Source: an uncultured virus (IMG/VR IMGVR_UViG_3300027793_000087) (lineage: Duplodnaviria > Heunggongvirae > Uroviricota > Caudoviricetes). Taken from it: DNA of 64,000 nt. The stretch lies in the IMG/VR virus record IMGVR_UViG_3300027793_000087. One strand, 5' to 3'. The position numbers were made by a program, and so were the translations under genes. Below the pieces are notes generated by a model. The model saw only the letters and a program-made list of their open reading frames with translations. It searched no databases and was not told the DNA's origin. Shown here piece by piece: positions 28,300 to 37,877 of this stretch. Positions within the stretch are counted from its first letter, which is position 1; each line of letters begins with the position of its first letter.

Positions 28300-28842
28300 A
28301 TGGCACAGTCTGGAAAAACACCTATCTCGCTGTATCACAGCACAACCGCCCTGGCGACACCCAGCGCGCTAAACTTAGTCGACGGCGAGCTGGCGATTAA
28401 CATCAACGACGGTAAACTTTACTACAAAGACGACCTGGGCGTGGTGCAGCTCATTGCCGCCGAGGGATTTATTCAGCCAAACTCAACACAGACCCTAACA
28501 AATAAAAGAATCGACCCAAGGGCTGTATCGGCCCCGGCCACGTCCGGGAACCTGACAATAAACGGCGACGTCACCGACCTGTACAAGGCCGAGGGTTTGA
28601 CAGGGGCAATCACGTTCCTTCAGCCGAGCGGGACCCCCGTCGACGGCCAGAAGCTGATGATTCGTATCAAGGACAACGGCGTGATTAGAGCAATTACGTG
28701 GACCACAACCTCCGGAGCTTTTCGGGCGGTCGGGGTAACACTTCCGACAGCAACTACAGCATCCAAAGTCACGTACGTCGGGTGCGTGTACAACGCGACG
28801 GATCTGTTCTGGGACGCTGTTGCCACAGCCCAGCAAGCATAA
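28300..28842 (+). CDS. Fibre protein
   Basis: GELAININDGKLYYKD; C-terminal domain similar to that of 22400..23620. Confidence 0.7.
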   Translation: MAQSGKTPISLYHSTTALATPSALNLVDGELAININDGKLYYKDDLGVVQLIAAEGFIQPNSTQTLTNKRIDPRAVSAPATSGNLTINGDVTDLYKAEGLTGAITFLQPSGTPVDGQKLMIRIKDNGVIRAITWTTTSGAFRAVGVTLPTATTASKVTYVGCVYNATDLFWDAVATAQQA

Positions 28843-28889
28843 TATGCGTAAGATTATTTTTACTTTTTTAAGCCTAACGGAGCGTAGCT

Positions 28890-31800
28890 GTGGCTGATAG
28901 GTACTGGGTTGGAGGTGCTGGGAACTGGAACGACACAGCAAAATGGTCTACATCATCTGGCGGGGCTGGCGGTGCGTCTGTCCCGGGCGCTGCCGATAAC
29001 GCTATTTTTGATATCAATTCTGATACCGGCACCAACTTTACCGCGACCGTCAACGCCTCGTTTACAATTGCCAACCTTACTTTTACGTCCGTAGACCGAC
29101 TAATTACGCTCGGCACGGCAGGCAACCTAACCGTTACTGGCGCCACAACAATTTCTGCTAATGCGCCGGCATCCCCGCCGACCACTGGGATGTTGGTGTC
29201 CGGAAACGCATCGCTAGGGGCCATTACTTTAAATTCTGGATTATTAAATATTGATGGTAATACGGTTACTGCGGTAACTTTTTCATCAGGTGCCAATGAC
29301 ATCAGAACTTTTGATTTTGGCACTAATGGAAATATAAACATTACTGGCAATAATACCACAGTTTGGAATTTTGTTCTTATTGGAACACCAGTTGTTTCCG
29401 GAACCGGGGCAATAAATTTAACCTACTCTGGCGGGGTAGGCACTAGATCTGTAAACAATTTTACACTTTCCGGCAATCCCAACGTTAACGTTACCGCCGG
29501 AACTGATTCGGTCCAAATTGCTGTAAATATTGGTTCTCTTAATTTTACGGGGTTTTCAGGCACTTGGGTTAACATCAGTTCCCTTACTATAAACGGAAGT
29601 TTAACTGTATCGACAGGGATGACCGTTGGCTCCGGAACTAATGGTGTTGCTATTGGCGCAACAGGAACAATAACCTCTAACGGTAAAACATTAGATTTTC
29701 CTTTAACTATAAGCGCACCAAGTTCTACGGTATCTCTGGGCGACAATTTAAATTTAGGATTAAAAACTTTAAGTGTTATAAGAGGAACTTTTACTACAAC
29801 GGCAAGCAATTTTAGTATTACCGCAAGGGCATTAACATCAGATACTTCTAACACTAGATCAATTTTGTTAAACGGAAGCACGGTTACTGTAGGCGCTCTA
29901 GCTGCCGGGATATCTTTTTCCTTTGGGTCTACACTAACATTTGACGCCGGAACATCGTCAATAATTGTAACCCACCCAGATGGTGCAATTTCTAGCAATG
30001 TAAATACAATTTTTTACAATGTTACATTTTCTTCATCGTCAACTGGCACTAGAACAATAACCGGCAATCTTACTTTTAATAATCTTACGCTAACGGCGTC
30101 GGCCACAGGGTTAAGTAAATTATATTTATCGGGCAACCAAACTATTAACGGGACACTTACTTGCTCTGGCTCATCTCCCACACAAAGAGCGTATCTTTTT
30201 ACTCCCACACTAGGAACACAGCACACGATCACCGCTGCAGCTATTTCTGCCGATGATTGTGATTTTAGGGACATAATTCTTGCCGGAGCGGCGGCTGGCG
30301 CGGCACCCACCCGCGCGGGGGACCTTGGTAATAATTCAGGAATCGTGTTCCCCGCCCCCAAAACGGTCTACTGGAACCTTGCCGGAACTCAAACCTGGAA
30401 CAGTACGGGGTGGGCTACGACACCATCAGGGACACCCGCAGTAAATAATTTCCCGTTAGCGCAAGACACGGCCGTTTTTACCGACATCGGGGCCGCCACA
30501 TCTGTTAGCACATCCCCAATATTTAACCTTGGAAGCATTGACGCGTCAAGTAGAACGTCTCCTCTAACATTAGACCACTCAAGTACAATTGAGATATACG
30601 GAAACTATTCGTTAGGTCCGGGTGTAACCTTTACTGGGTTTGGGCTTAGATTCTCTTCTTTTGGAACACAAACATTTACGTCGTCGGGCGTAACACTTTC
30701 GGGGGGAATAACTGTAAACAAACCGGCGGGTACAATTTTTCAACTCGGCGATGATTTTTCAACAGCACCATCATCTATTACAACTTTTAGGCTTAACTCC
30801 GGCATTTTTAACACACAAAATTATAATTTTACTTCCAGCTCTTTTATTTCTGATGGTACAGCAACTAGGACCATCACCATGGGCTCCGGTCTTTGGACTC
30901 TTAACGGAACCGGAACCATTTGGAATGTAAGTGCCACAAATTTAACTTTTAATAAAAACACTGCCAATATCCTTCTTTCAAGCTCATCGGGTTTGTCTAG
31001 AAGTTTTATTGGTGGTGGGTTAGTTTACAACAAGCTAACCATTGGTGGCGTTACAACATCAACCACAACAATAAGTGGAAATAATACTTTTAGCGAGTTA
31101 GCTTCAACCAACCCTCTTTCACACACAGTTACGTTTAGCGGCAATCAAACAGTTCAAAATTGGACTATTACTGGAACCCCCGGAAATGTTGTTACATTAA
31201 ACTCTGATACCCCAGGGACAGGCAGAACTATCACAAAATCTGGCGGTGGGTTTTTAGCAGGAATTGATTACCTTAACGTGAGAGACATTGTTGGTTCCCC
31301 TCAGAGCGATACTTGGTACATAGGTTTTAATTCTGTCTATAATTCAACCGGCCCAAACGTAGCGCAATTTTTATTTTTAACTCAAAGAATTAACAACGTT
31401 GTTTTTGTTTTAACTTCTACGACACCATCAACTTGGACGGTTCCCGCGGATTGGAACAATGCAAATAACAGCATTCACTTAATTGGCGGCGGAGGGGGCG
31501 GTGCCGGAAGAAGATCTTTGTCAATATCAGGAATTAACTACCGCGCGGCCGGAGGCGGTGGCGGCGGGGGCGGATACACCAGACTAAATAATCAAACGCT
31601 GGGTGTTGGTTCATCAATACCTTATCAGGCAGGAACGGGAGGAAATCCAGGCGTTAGCGGAAGCGATGGCGTTGCTGGCGGAACAACGTCTTGGAACTCA
31701 GGGGCAGCAACTGCGGGGGGCGGAGGTGGCGGACAAGCAACCACAACCCCATCATCTACCGGAGGAGTCGCTGGAGTTGGGTCGACATTTAATGGCGGCG

Positions 31801-32336
31801 CGGGGGGCCCGGGAGCGTTTGGGACCACGTCTAGTGCTGGGTATGGCGGTGGCGGTGGCGGCGGAGCGGGAGGCCCTAACGGTAACGGCGGAAACGGCGG
31901 TGACGGTTTTGGTCCAACAACCTCAAGTTTAAATATAAATGGCGGTGGCGGCGGAGGCAACGGCGGAGGGGGCAATGGCGGATCTGGTGGCGTTTCTTCG
32001 GCCGGAATTGGAGGTAATAATTCATTAGGAGTCGGCGGCGGTGCCAGTAATTCTTCGGGTTGGCTCGGGGGTGGTGCCGGCGGCAGTAACGGCATTGGTA
32101 CAAAAATAGCGGGGTACGGAATTGAAATTTTTGGTGCCGGTAGCGGGGGTGGTGCCGGCGGATCAGGTAATGGGGACGTCAACAATTTTCCTGGACGTTA
32201 TGGCGGCGGCGGTTCCGGTGCCAGTGTCCCTCTTGCAGGGACCGCCACGCCGGGTAGCTCTGGCGTGCAAGGAGCGATAATTATTACCTACGTACCCGGC
32301 GGAGCAGCCGGCAACATGTTTTTGATGTTTAACTAA
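28890..32336 (+). CDS. Large fibre/adhesin 2 with glycine-rich C-terminal domain
   Basis: Paralogue of 23841; WTVPADWNN..IGGGGGG; GAIIITY. Confidence 0.75.
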   Translation: MADRYWVGGAGNWNDTAKWSTSSGGAGGASVPGAADNAIFDINSDTGTNFTATVNASFTIANLTFTSVDRLITLGTAGNLTVTGATTISANAPASPPTTGMLVSGNASLGAITLNSGLLNIDGNTVTAVTFSSGANDIRTFDFGTNGNINITGNNTTVWNFVLIGTPVVSGTGAINLTYSGGVGTRSVNNFTLSGNPNVNVTAGTDSVQIAVNIGSLNFTGFSGTWVNISSLTINGSLTVSTGMTVGSGTNGVAIGATGTITSNGKTLDFPLTISAPSSTVSLGDNLNLGLKTLSVIRGTFTTTASNFSITARALTSDTSNTRSILLNGSTVTVGALAAGISFSFGSTLTFDAGTSSIIVTHPDGAISSNVNTIFYNVTFSSSSTGTRTITGNLTFNNLTLTASATGLSKLYLSGNQTINGTLTCSGSSPTQRAYLFTPTLGTQHTITAAAISADDCDFRDIILAGAAAGAAPTRAGDLGNNSGIVFPAPKTVYWNLAGTQTWNSTGWATTPSGTPAVNNFPLAQDTAVFTDIGAATSVSTSPIFNLGSIDASSRTSPLTLDHSSTIEIYGNYSLGPGVTFTGFGLRFSSFGTQTFTSSGVTLSGGITVNKPAGTIFQLGDDFSTAPSSITTFRLNSGIFNTQNYNFTSSSFISDGTATRTITMGSGLWTLNGTGTIWNVSATNLTFNKNTANILLSSSSGLSRSFIGGGLVYNKLTIGGVTTSTTTISGNNTFSELASTNPLSHTVTFSGNQTVQNWTITGTPGNVVTLNSDTPGTGRTITKSGGGFLAGIDYLNVRDIVGSPQSDTWYIGFNSVYNSTGPNVAQFLFLTQRINNVVFVLTSTTPSTWTVPADWNNANNSIHLIGGGGGGAGRRSLSISGINYRAAGGGGGGGGYTRLNNQTLGVGSSIPYQAGTGGNPGVSGSDGVAGGTTSWNSGAATAGGGGGGQATTTPSSTGGVAGVGSTFNGGAGGPGAFGTTSSAGYGGGGGGGAGGPNGNGGNGGDGFGPTTSSLNINGGGGGGNGGGGNGGSGGVSSAGIGGNNSLGVGGGASNSSGWLGGGAGGSNGIGTKIAGYGIEIFGAGSGGGAGGSGNGDVNNFPGRYGGGGSGASVPLAGTATPGSSGVQGAIIITYVPGGAAGNMFLMFN

Positions 32337-32348
32337 AAGGTAACGACC

Positions 32349-32546
32349 ATGGAGGAGTCTGTGGAAACAAAACTAGCCGTACACGAGGCCGTTTGCGCTG
32401 AGCGGTACGGACACATATCTAAGCAGCTTGACGACGGCGACAAGCGAATGACAAAGATTGAGTACCTACTGTACGCGACAATTGTGGCCGTCCTGTTTGG
32501 TCCTGGTGTCGCGGCCGAGTTTATTAAAAAATTACTTGGAATCTAG
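32349..32546 (+). CDS. Small membrane protein (XhlA/holin-like)
   Basis: HEAVCAERY, coiled coil, one TM segment. Confidence 0.6.
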   Translation: MEESVETKLAVHEAVCAERYGHISKQLDDGDKRMTKIEYLLYATIVAVLFGPGVAAEFIKKLLGI

Positions 32547-32549
32547 TGA

Positions 32550-33008
32550 GTGTCCCAGCTACCCGATCCGACCGACCCGAGCAAGGTCGTCCAGACCGCA
32601 CTTGGCGGAATCAAGGAGGCGATCAAGGCCGGACGAGACATCAAGGAGACGGCCAAGGAGGTCAACGCCTTTTTGGACGAGGAGGCTCGAGCACGCGTAG
32701 CCTGGCGCAGGAAGCAGCAGGAAGTACAGCGCCGCGGCGACATGATGTACGTCGACGCCATCAACGAGTACCGGGTACTCTACAACCTAAGAAAAAATAA
32801 AGAAGAGGCCTTCAAGCAAATCGAGCGCGAGTTTGGAAGGCGAGCGATACAAGAGGTCGAGGAGCTCGAGTCCAGGCTGCGACGAGAGCGCAAGGAGCTT
32901 CAGAAAGAGTACGACAGCGATCGACAGGCCACCAGAAACGAGTGGCTGATGATAGGACTGTCCGCGCTGCTGGTGTACGTCGTTCTGAAGCTGGCAAAGG
33001 TGTGGTAA
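32550..33008 (+). CDS. Membrane-anchored coiled-coil protein
   Basis: C-terminal TM segment; lysis cluster. Confidence 0.65.
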   Translation: MSQLPDPTDPSKVVQTALGGIKEAIKAGRDIKETAKEVNAFLDEEARARVAWRRKQQEVQRRGDMMYVDAINEYRVLYNLRKNKEEAFKQIEREFGRRAIQEVEELESRLRRERKELQKEYDSDRQATRNEWLMIGLSALLVYVVLKLAKVW

Positions 33009-33025
33009 GGGAAAGGCAAAATAAT

Positions 33026-33427
33026 ATGATACCGATCGCAACGCTACTTGATGTGGGGACAAAGATCCTCGACAAGGTAATACCTGACCCAGAGGCCAAG
33101 GCACGAGCACAGGCCGAGCTTCTAAAGCTTCAGCAAGAGGGTCGGCTGGCCGAGCTTCAGGCCGATAACGTAGAGGCACAGGAGGTCACCAAACGCCACG
33201 AGGCGGACATGAAGTCTGACTCCTGGCTCTCCAAGAACATCCGGCCCATGACTCTGGTGTTCATACTGATCACGTACACCTCGTTTGGTTTGATGTCTGC
33301 GTGGGACCTGGAGGTAAACAACAACTACGTCGAACTGCTGGGCCAGTGGGGCATGCTGATCATGTCGTTCTACTTTGGTGGCCGAACCCTTGAGAAGATC
33401 ATGGACATGAAGGCAAAACAGAAATGA
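33026..33427 (+). CDS. Holin (3TM, gene-transfer-agent type)
   Basis: LDKVIPDP, SWLSKNIRP, FYFGGRTLEK. Confidence 0.75.
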   Translation: MIPIATLLDVGTKILDKVIPDPEAKARAQAELLKLQQEGRLAELQADNVEAQEVTKRHEADMKSDSWLSKNIRPMTLVFILITYTSFGLMSAWDLEVNNNYVELLGQWGMLIMSFYFGGRTLEKIMDMKAKQK

Positions 33428-33888
33428 ACCTAACCCCAAACTTTACCCTCTCCGAGATGGTTAAGTCCGAGACCGCACTCCGGCACAACATGGACAACAC
33501 CCCCGGCGAGAAAGAAATTCAGAGCCTGCAAACCCTGGCAGAGAAGATACTGCAGCCCGTCCGGGACGCATTCCAGCGCGGCGTCAAGGTCAACTCGGGG
33601 TACAGGGCCCCGGCCGTGAACCAGAAGGTCGGTGGTTCTCCCACCTCGGACCACTGCAAGGGACAGGCCGCGGACATCGAGATACCAGGCGTCCCAAACG
33701 TCAACCTGGCCCGGTGGATCGTCGAGAACCTAGAATTTACCCAGGTCATCCTGGAGTTTTACACGCCCGGCGTTGCCGACTCCGGGTGGGTGCATGTGTC
33801 ATACGACCCAGCAAACCTTAAAAAACAGGCGCTTACGGCAGTAAAAAAAGACGGCAAGACGGTCTATTTACCCGGTCTTGTTGCATAA
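33424..33888 (+). CDS. Endolysin, peptidase M15A family
   Basis: NSGYR, SDHCKGQAADI, WVHVSY. Confidence 0.88.
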   Translation: MNLTPNFTLSEMVKSETALRHNMDNTPGEKEIQSLQTLAEKILQPVRDAFQRGVKVNSGYRAPAVNQKVGGSPTSDHCKGQAADIEIPGVPNVNLARWIVENLEFTQVILEFYTPGVADSGWVHVSYDPANLKKQALTAVKKDGKTVYLPGLVA

Positions 33889-33890
33889 GT
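33861..33890 (+). promoter_or_regulatory. Putative late promoter
   Basis: GGTCT-N16-TGCATAAGT. Confidence 0.5.
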
Positions 33891-33923
33891 AGAGATAGAT
33901 CCACCACTTTTTAGGAGAGCAAC

Positions 33924-34748
33924 GTGGAAGGCTTTAAGTCAAACCCCAAAATGAAATCAGACATCGCCTGCTATAAAGAGGGCGGATCGGTTTACAAATC
34001 ACGCACGCACAAAGATGACCCCAAAGAGGCGGCCGAGGACAAGGCCATGGTCAAGAAGGGCATCCGCCAGCACGAGACGGCCAAGCACAAGGGCGAGGAA
34101 AAGACCGAGATCAAGCTCAAGAATGGCGGCCGGTCCAAGAAAGAAGGCGGCAACGTACGCAAGTACAAGGCCGGCGGCGCCATCGCCATGAAAAAGGGCA
34201 AGGACGACAAGAAGGCCATCGCCCAGACCAAAAAGACCAAGCCCGGCAAGGCCGACGCACCGAGCGCTGCCACCGGCAAGAAAAAAGAGTCTCCCAAGAC
34301 CGATAACAAGCCCGCCAAGAGCACGATGACGGCCTCCATGGTAGGAGCCCTACCCGAGGCAGCAAACGCCCCCAGCGCGGCCCTAAGCATGCCTGAGGAC
34401 CAGCCTATCGAGATGATGGCCGCTGGCGGCACGCCCGGCATGGGAGGGGCCTCGGACTACGAGCAGGCACTCATGCAACAAGGCGGCATGGGGACCACGG
34501 CCGACGCAGAACGATTACTGGCTGAAGAGATGATGAGAAAGCAACGCATGCGCCGCAACGTTCCGTCGGGCGCTGCCATGGGCCCGATCGGCCAGCAGGC
34601 GCTACAAGGCGCGGGCATGGGCGGTGGCATGGGCGCCGCAGCCTCTGCAGGACCGATGGGCGCCGCGGCACCGATGGGTGCCTCAGCCGACCTGATGCGG
34701 GGACTGCAGGCCGTCGGCCAGTACGCAAGCGGCGGGAGCACCTGCTGA
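33924..34748 (+). CDS. Lys-rich/Met-Gly-rich protein with six xxGG motifs
   Basis: AGGAG RBS; YKEGG, LKNGG, KKEGG, YKAGG, MAAGG, YASGG. Confidence 0.75.
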   Translation: MEGFKSNPKMKSDIACYKEGGSVYKSRTHKDDPKEAAEDKAMVKKGIRQHETAKHKGEEKTEIKLKNGGRSKKEGGNVRKYKAGGAIAMKKGKDDKKAIAQTKKTKPGKADAPSAATGKKKESPKTDNKPAKSTMTASMVGALPEAANAPSAALSMPEDQPIEMMAAGGTPGMGGASDYEQALMQQGGMGTTADAERLLAEEMMRKQRMRRNVPSGAAMGPIGQQALQGAGMGGGMGAAASAGPMGAAAPMGASADLMRGLQAVGQYASGGSTC

Positions 34749-34927
34749 TGCCGATCGAGTCCAAGGCCCAGCAACGGGCCATGTACGCCGCGGCCGCGGG
34801 CAAGTCAAACATTGGCATACCCAAAAAGGTAGGCAAGGAGTTTGTCTCCGCGGGCCCGGCAAAGAAGAACCTACCAGAGCGCGCAAAGTCAAGCGCACCG
34901 AAGCGGACATCCGGCCGCGGGAGATAA
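34748..34927 (+). CDS. Small basic protein, 59 aa
   Basis: [38 protein letters not shown] coupling. Confidence 0.7.
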   Translation: MPIESKAQQRAMYAAAAGKSNIGIPKKVGKEFVSAGPAKKNLPERAKSSAPKRTSGRGR

Positions 34928-34930
34928 ACT

Positions 34931-35986
34931 GTGGCCTACTCAGGCACCACCAACCAGACCAAGATCAACGTAGGGCAACTGATCGAGTACGCCTTCCGCG
35001 AGGCAGGCAAGACCTCGGAGGAGCAGACAGCTCAGTACGTTGTCGCCGGCAAGCAGGCACTGTTCTACATCCTGCAAAACCTGTCCAACCGCGGCGTCAA
35101 CCTGTGGATGCTGGAGAACAAGCTCATAGGTACCGTCAAGGACCAGACGATCATCACGCTGCCCGAGGGTACTGTCGACGTACGCGAGGCCAACTGGCGT
35201 TACATTGTGACTCCAGCAATCAGCGACGCGTTGCCGGTCAGCAACCCAAACTCTGGGAACCTGTTCGACAGCAACCTGTCAACGTTTGCCACCTCGACGG
35301 TTTTAAACAACTGGTTTGGGGCGAGCTTTACCAGCGGCGAGCGGATTTATCAGGTCGGGTTTAACTCCTACGGCGCGTCAACCTACAACTTTGTCTTTGA
35401 GACCAGTGCGGACGGCATCACCTGGACGGTCCGCAAAACCCTGCCAGCAATTACCTTAGCCGACCGTGAGTGGTACTACTTTTCGTTTGACCCCACGCCG
35501 GAGTATAACTTCTTCCGTCTACGCGAGACGGTGGCCTCAACTTTCTCGCTGCGCCAGCTCTCCTTTTCATACACGCAGCAGGACATCCCGCTGTCAAGAC
35601 TAAACCGAGACGACTACTGGAACCTCCCAAACAAACAGTTTGAGTCACAGCGCTCGCTTCAGTACTGGTTTGATCGACAGATCACGCCGCAGATGTATCT
35701 GTGGCCAATCCCGGACAACGACTTCCAGCTGTTCCAGCTCATTATTGAGAAGCAACTTCCCGATGTGGGGTCGCTCTCAAACGAGCTCTACATCCCCAAC
35801 CGGTGGGTCGCGGCGGTGCAGAAGATGCTGTCTCACCAGCTCGCGCTCCAGATCCCAGGCGTCGAATTAAACCGCATTCAATACCTTGAGCAGCAGTCTA
35901 ACATCTGGCTCGCTCAGGCAGAGAATGAAGAGCGAGACAAGTCGCCGATCTACTACGCCCCGGCGATTTCATACTACACGAGATAA
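34931..35986 (+). CDS. Head-tail adaptor / tail tubular protein with inserted beta-sandwich domain
   Basis: NRGVNLW, YWFDRQ, LWPIPD. Confidence 0.65.
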   Translation: MAYSGTTNQTKINVGQLIEYAFREAGKTSEEQTAQYVVAGKQALFYILQNLSNRGVNLWMLENKLIGTVKDQTIITLPEGTVDVREANWRYIVTPAISDALPVSNPNSGNLFDSNLSTFATSTVLNNWFGASFTSGERIYQVGFNSYGASTYNFVFETSADGITWTVRKTLPAITLADREWYYFSFDPTPEYNFFRLRETVASTFSLRQLSFSYTQQDIPLSRLNRDDYWNLPNKQFESQRSLQYWFDRQITPQMYLWPIPDNDFQLFQLIIEKQLPDVGSLSNELYIPNRWVAAVQKMLSHQLALQIPGVELNRIQYLEQQSNIWLAQAENEERDKSPIYYAPAISYYTR

Positions 35987-35988
35987 AC

Positions 35989-36606
35989 ATGCCCGCATAC
36001 GTAATGACATACGACTCGCTGGTGGAGGACGTGATACGCTACTCGGAGAGGGACGACACTTCCTTCGTGCAGCAAATCCCGCGCCTGATCGCCATGGCCG
36101 AGCAAGAGATTGCGGCCCAAATAAAAACTCTGTGGGAGCTAAACGTGGTAACGACCGCGCTGGTTCCTGCGGCCGGCACGCTTATTAAACCCAGCCGGTG
36201 GAGAAAAACTGTCTCCATGAAAATAAACGGCGAGCCCGTTTTGCACCGATCTCAAGACTATGTGGCCCAAGTACAAACAGAATTTTCACAAGGAGTACCA
36301 CAATACTATGCAGATTACGACTACAATCACTGGGCTCTTGGCCCGATTCCGAACAGCAACTACACGGTTGAAATCATCTACTACAGCCTTGTTCAGCCGC
36401 TTGACTCAACGAATCAGCAAAACCTTATCACGCAAGTAGCGCCGCAGGCAATGCTGTTTGGCACTCTCCTGCAGGCCCAGGGGTATTTGAAATCTCCGGA
36501 CAAGCTGCAGCTCTGGCGCGGAATGTACGATAACGCCATGCAAGCACTCAAGGCAGAAAACGCCAGCAGAAACATTGACCGCAACACCAACGTCATGGAG
36601 CCCTAA
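35989..36606 (+). CDS. Adaptor protein
   Basis: MTYDSL, LGPIPNSNYTVEIIYY. Confidence 0.6.
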   Translation: MPAYVMTYDSLVEDVIRYSERDDTSFVQQIPRLIAMAEQEIAAQIKTLWELNVVTTALVPAAGTLIKPSRWRKTVSMKINGEPVLHRSQDYVAQVQTEFSQGVPQYYADYDYNHWALGPIPNSNYTVEIIYYSLVQPLDSTNQQNLITQVAPQAMLFGTLLQAQGYLKSPDKLQLWRGMYDNAMQALKAENASRNIDRNTNVMEP

Positions 36607-37877
36607 TGACGACGTTCGTATCCCCGTTCACCGGCGACGTCGTACAACCGACCGACGTAAGCTACCTGTCGCTGACGTTCTCAACAAGCCAACAACTTTC
36701 TTGGCCGGAGAGCACGCTTCCTGGCGGGACCACTGTTGTCGCTGCCCGAATCATTGACTGTATTGCGAACACGGCCGGGACATCAATCAGGCTACCGCCG
36801 GCAAACCAGGCCTCAGTCGGGACGGATATTCTTTTTCGCAACCGAGGCATAGAAAGTTTCGTTGTTTCGGATTACACCGGAGCCAACGACGTCACCATCC
36901 TGCCAGGAACGGCAAGATACTTTTACCTGGTCGACAACAGCACCGTGGCGGGAGTTTTTAGAAACTTCACGTACGGTGCCGGAACGTCAATCGCAGACGC
37001 CGCATCCCTTGTTGGCAGCGGATTAACGACCATGGCCGGAAAGCTAGAGACCTCGACGGACGTCGTGGAGGTGTCTGTGGCGCCAACTCTGGACGAGGAC
37101 AGCAGGGCGCTGGCATACGTTTGGACCAGCGGCGCGGGGTCGTTTAACCTGCCGGACCCGGCAACGATTGAGCCTGGCTGGTTTATCATGGTCCGCAACA
37201 ACGGCACGGGAGCCCTAACAATTTTACCCTTTGCCGGATCAACAATTGACGGCAACAGCACCTCTACGTTCTACCCAACAGATTCGGCCATCATCGTTTA
37301 CGACAGCTCTACCGACAACTTTTTTACGGTCGGATTGTCTAGACAGGCCCTTCTTACGTACACCTCGGCAACCTACGACGTAGATGCGATCGTAGGAAAC
37401 AGCCTTAGCCTGGTTACGTTTGCTCCAACAATTCAAGAATACGCGGCCTTCACCGGAACCCGCACACAAAACCTGACGGTGACTCTGCCGGCCATAACCC
37501 AGGTATACATTATTAGCAACGTCACGGGACAACCTGGCTACAGCGTTGAGTTTGAGATTACGGGAAGCCCGTCGCCTGCTGTGTCGTTTGGTGACGGGGT
37601 TACCGCGTTTTTGTTAAGCGACGGCGTAACCCTTACAACGCTTGCTCTTAGCACCTCCACCGGAACGTTTTTAGCAAACAACGGGACCGTATCAAACCCG
37701 ACCTTTTCTTTTGCCAGTAACACAAGCACGGGCCTTTACTTGGCAGCCGCTAACGTCATGCGGGTCGCCGCCAATGGCCAAGATATTTTTGAATTTGATG
37801 GGTCCAATCTAAGCAGCCCCCAGGTATCTGCTTCCGCAGAGTTTAACGCTGATCTGATAACGGGCGGAACATTTTAA
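36606..37877 (+). CDS. Tail protein
   Basis: Beta-rich; GTVSNPTFSFASNTSTGLY. Confidence 0.65.
   Translation: MTTFVSPFTGDVVQPTDVSYLSLTFSTSQQLSWPESTLPGGTTVVAARIIDCIANTAGTSIRLPPANQASVGTDILFRNRGIESFVVSDYTGANDVTILPGTARYFYLVDNSTVAGVFRNFTYGAGTSIADAASLVGSGLTTMAGKLETSTDVVEVSVAPTLDEDSRALAYVWTSGAGSFNLPDPATIEPGWFIMVRNNGTGALTILPFAGSTIDGNSTSTFYPTDSAIIVYDSSTDNFFTVGLSRQALLTYTSATYDVDAIVGNSLSLVTFAPTIQEYAAFTGTRTQNLTVTLPAITQVYIISNVTGQPGYSVEFEITGSPSPAVSFGDGVTAFLLSDGVTLTTLALSTSTGTFLANNGTVSNPTFSFASNTSTGLYLAAANVMRVAANGQDIFEFDGSNLSSPQVSASAEFNADLITGGTF

Noticed and set aside
23841..32336. Diversity-generating retroelement
   Set aside because: No reverse transcriptase and no adenine-specific template/variable repeat pair seen.
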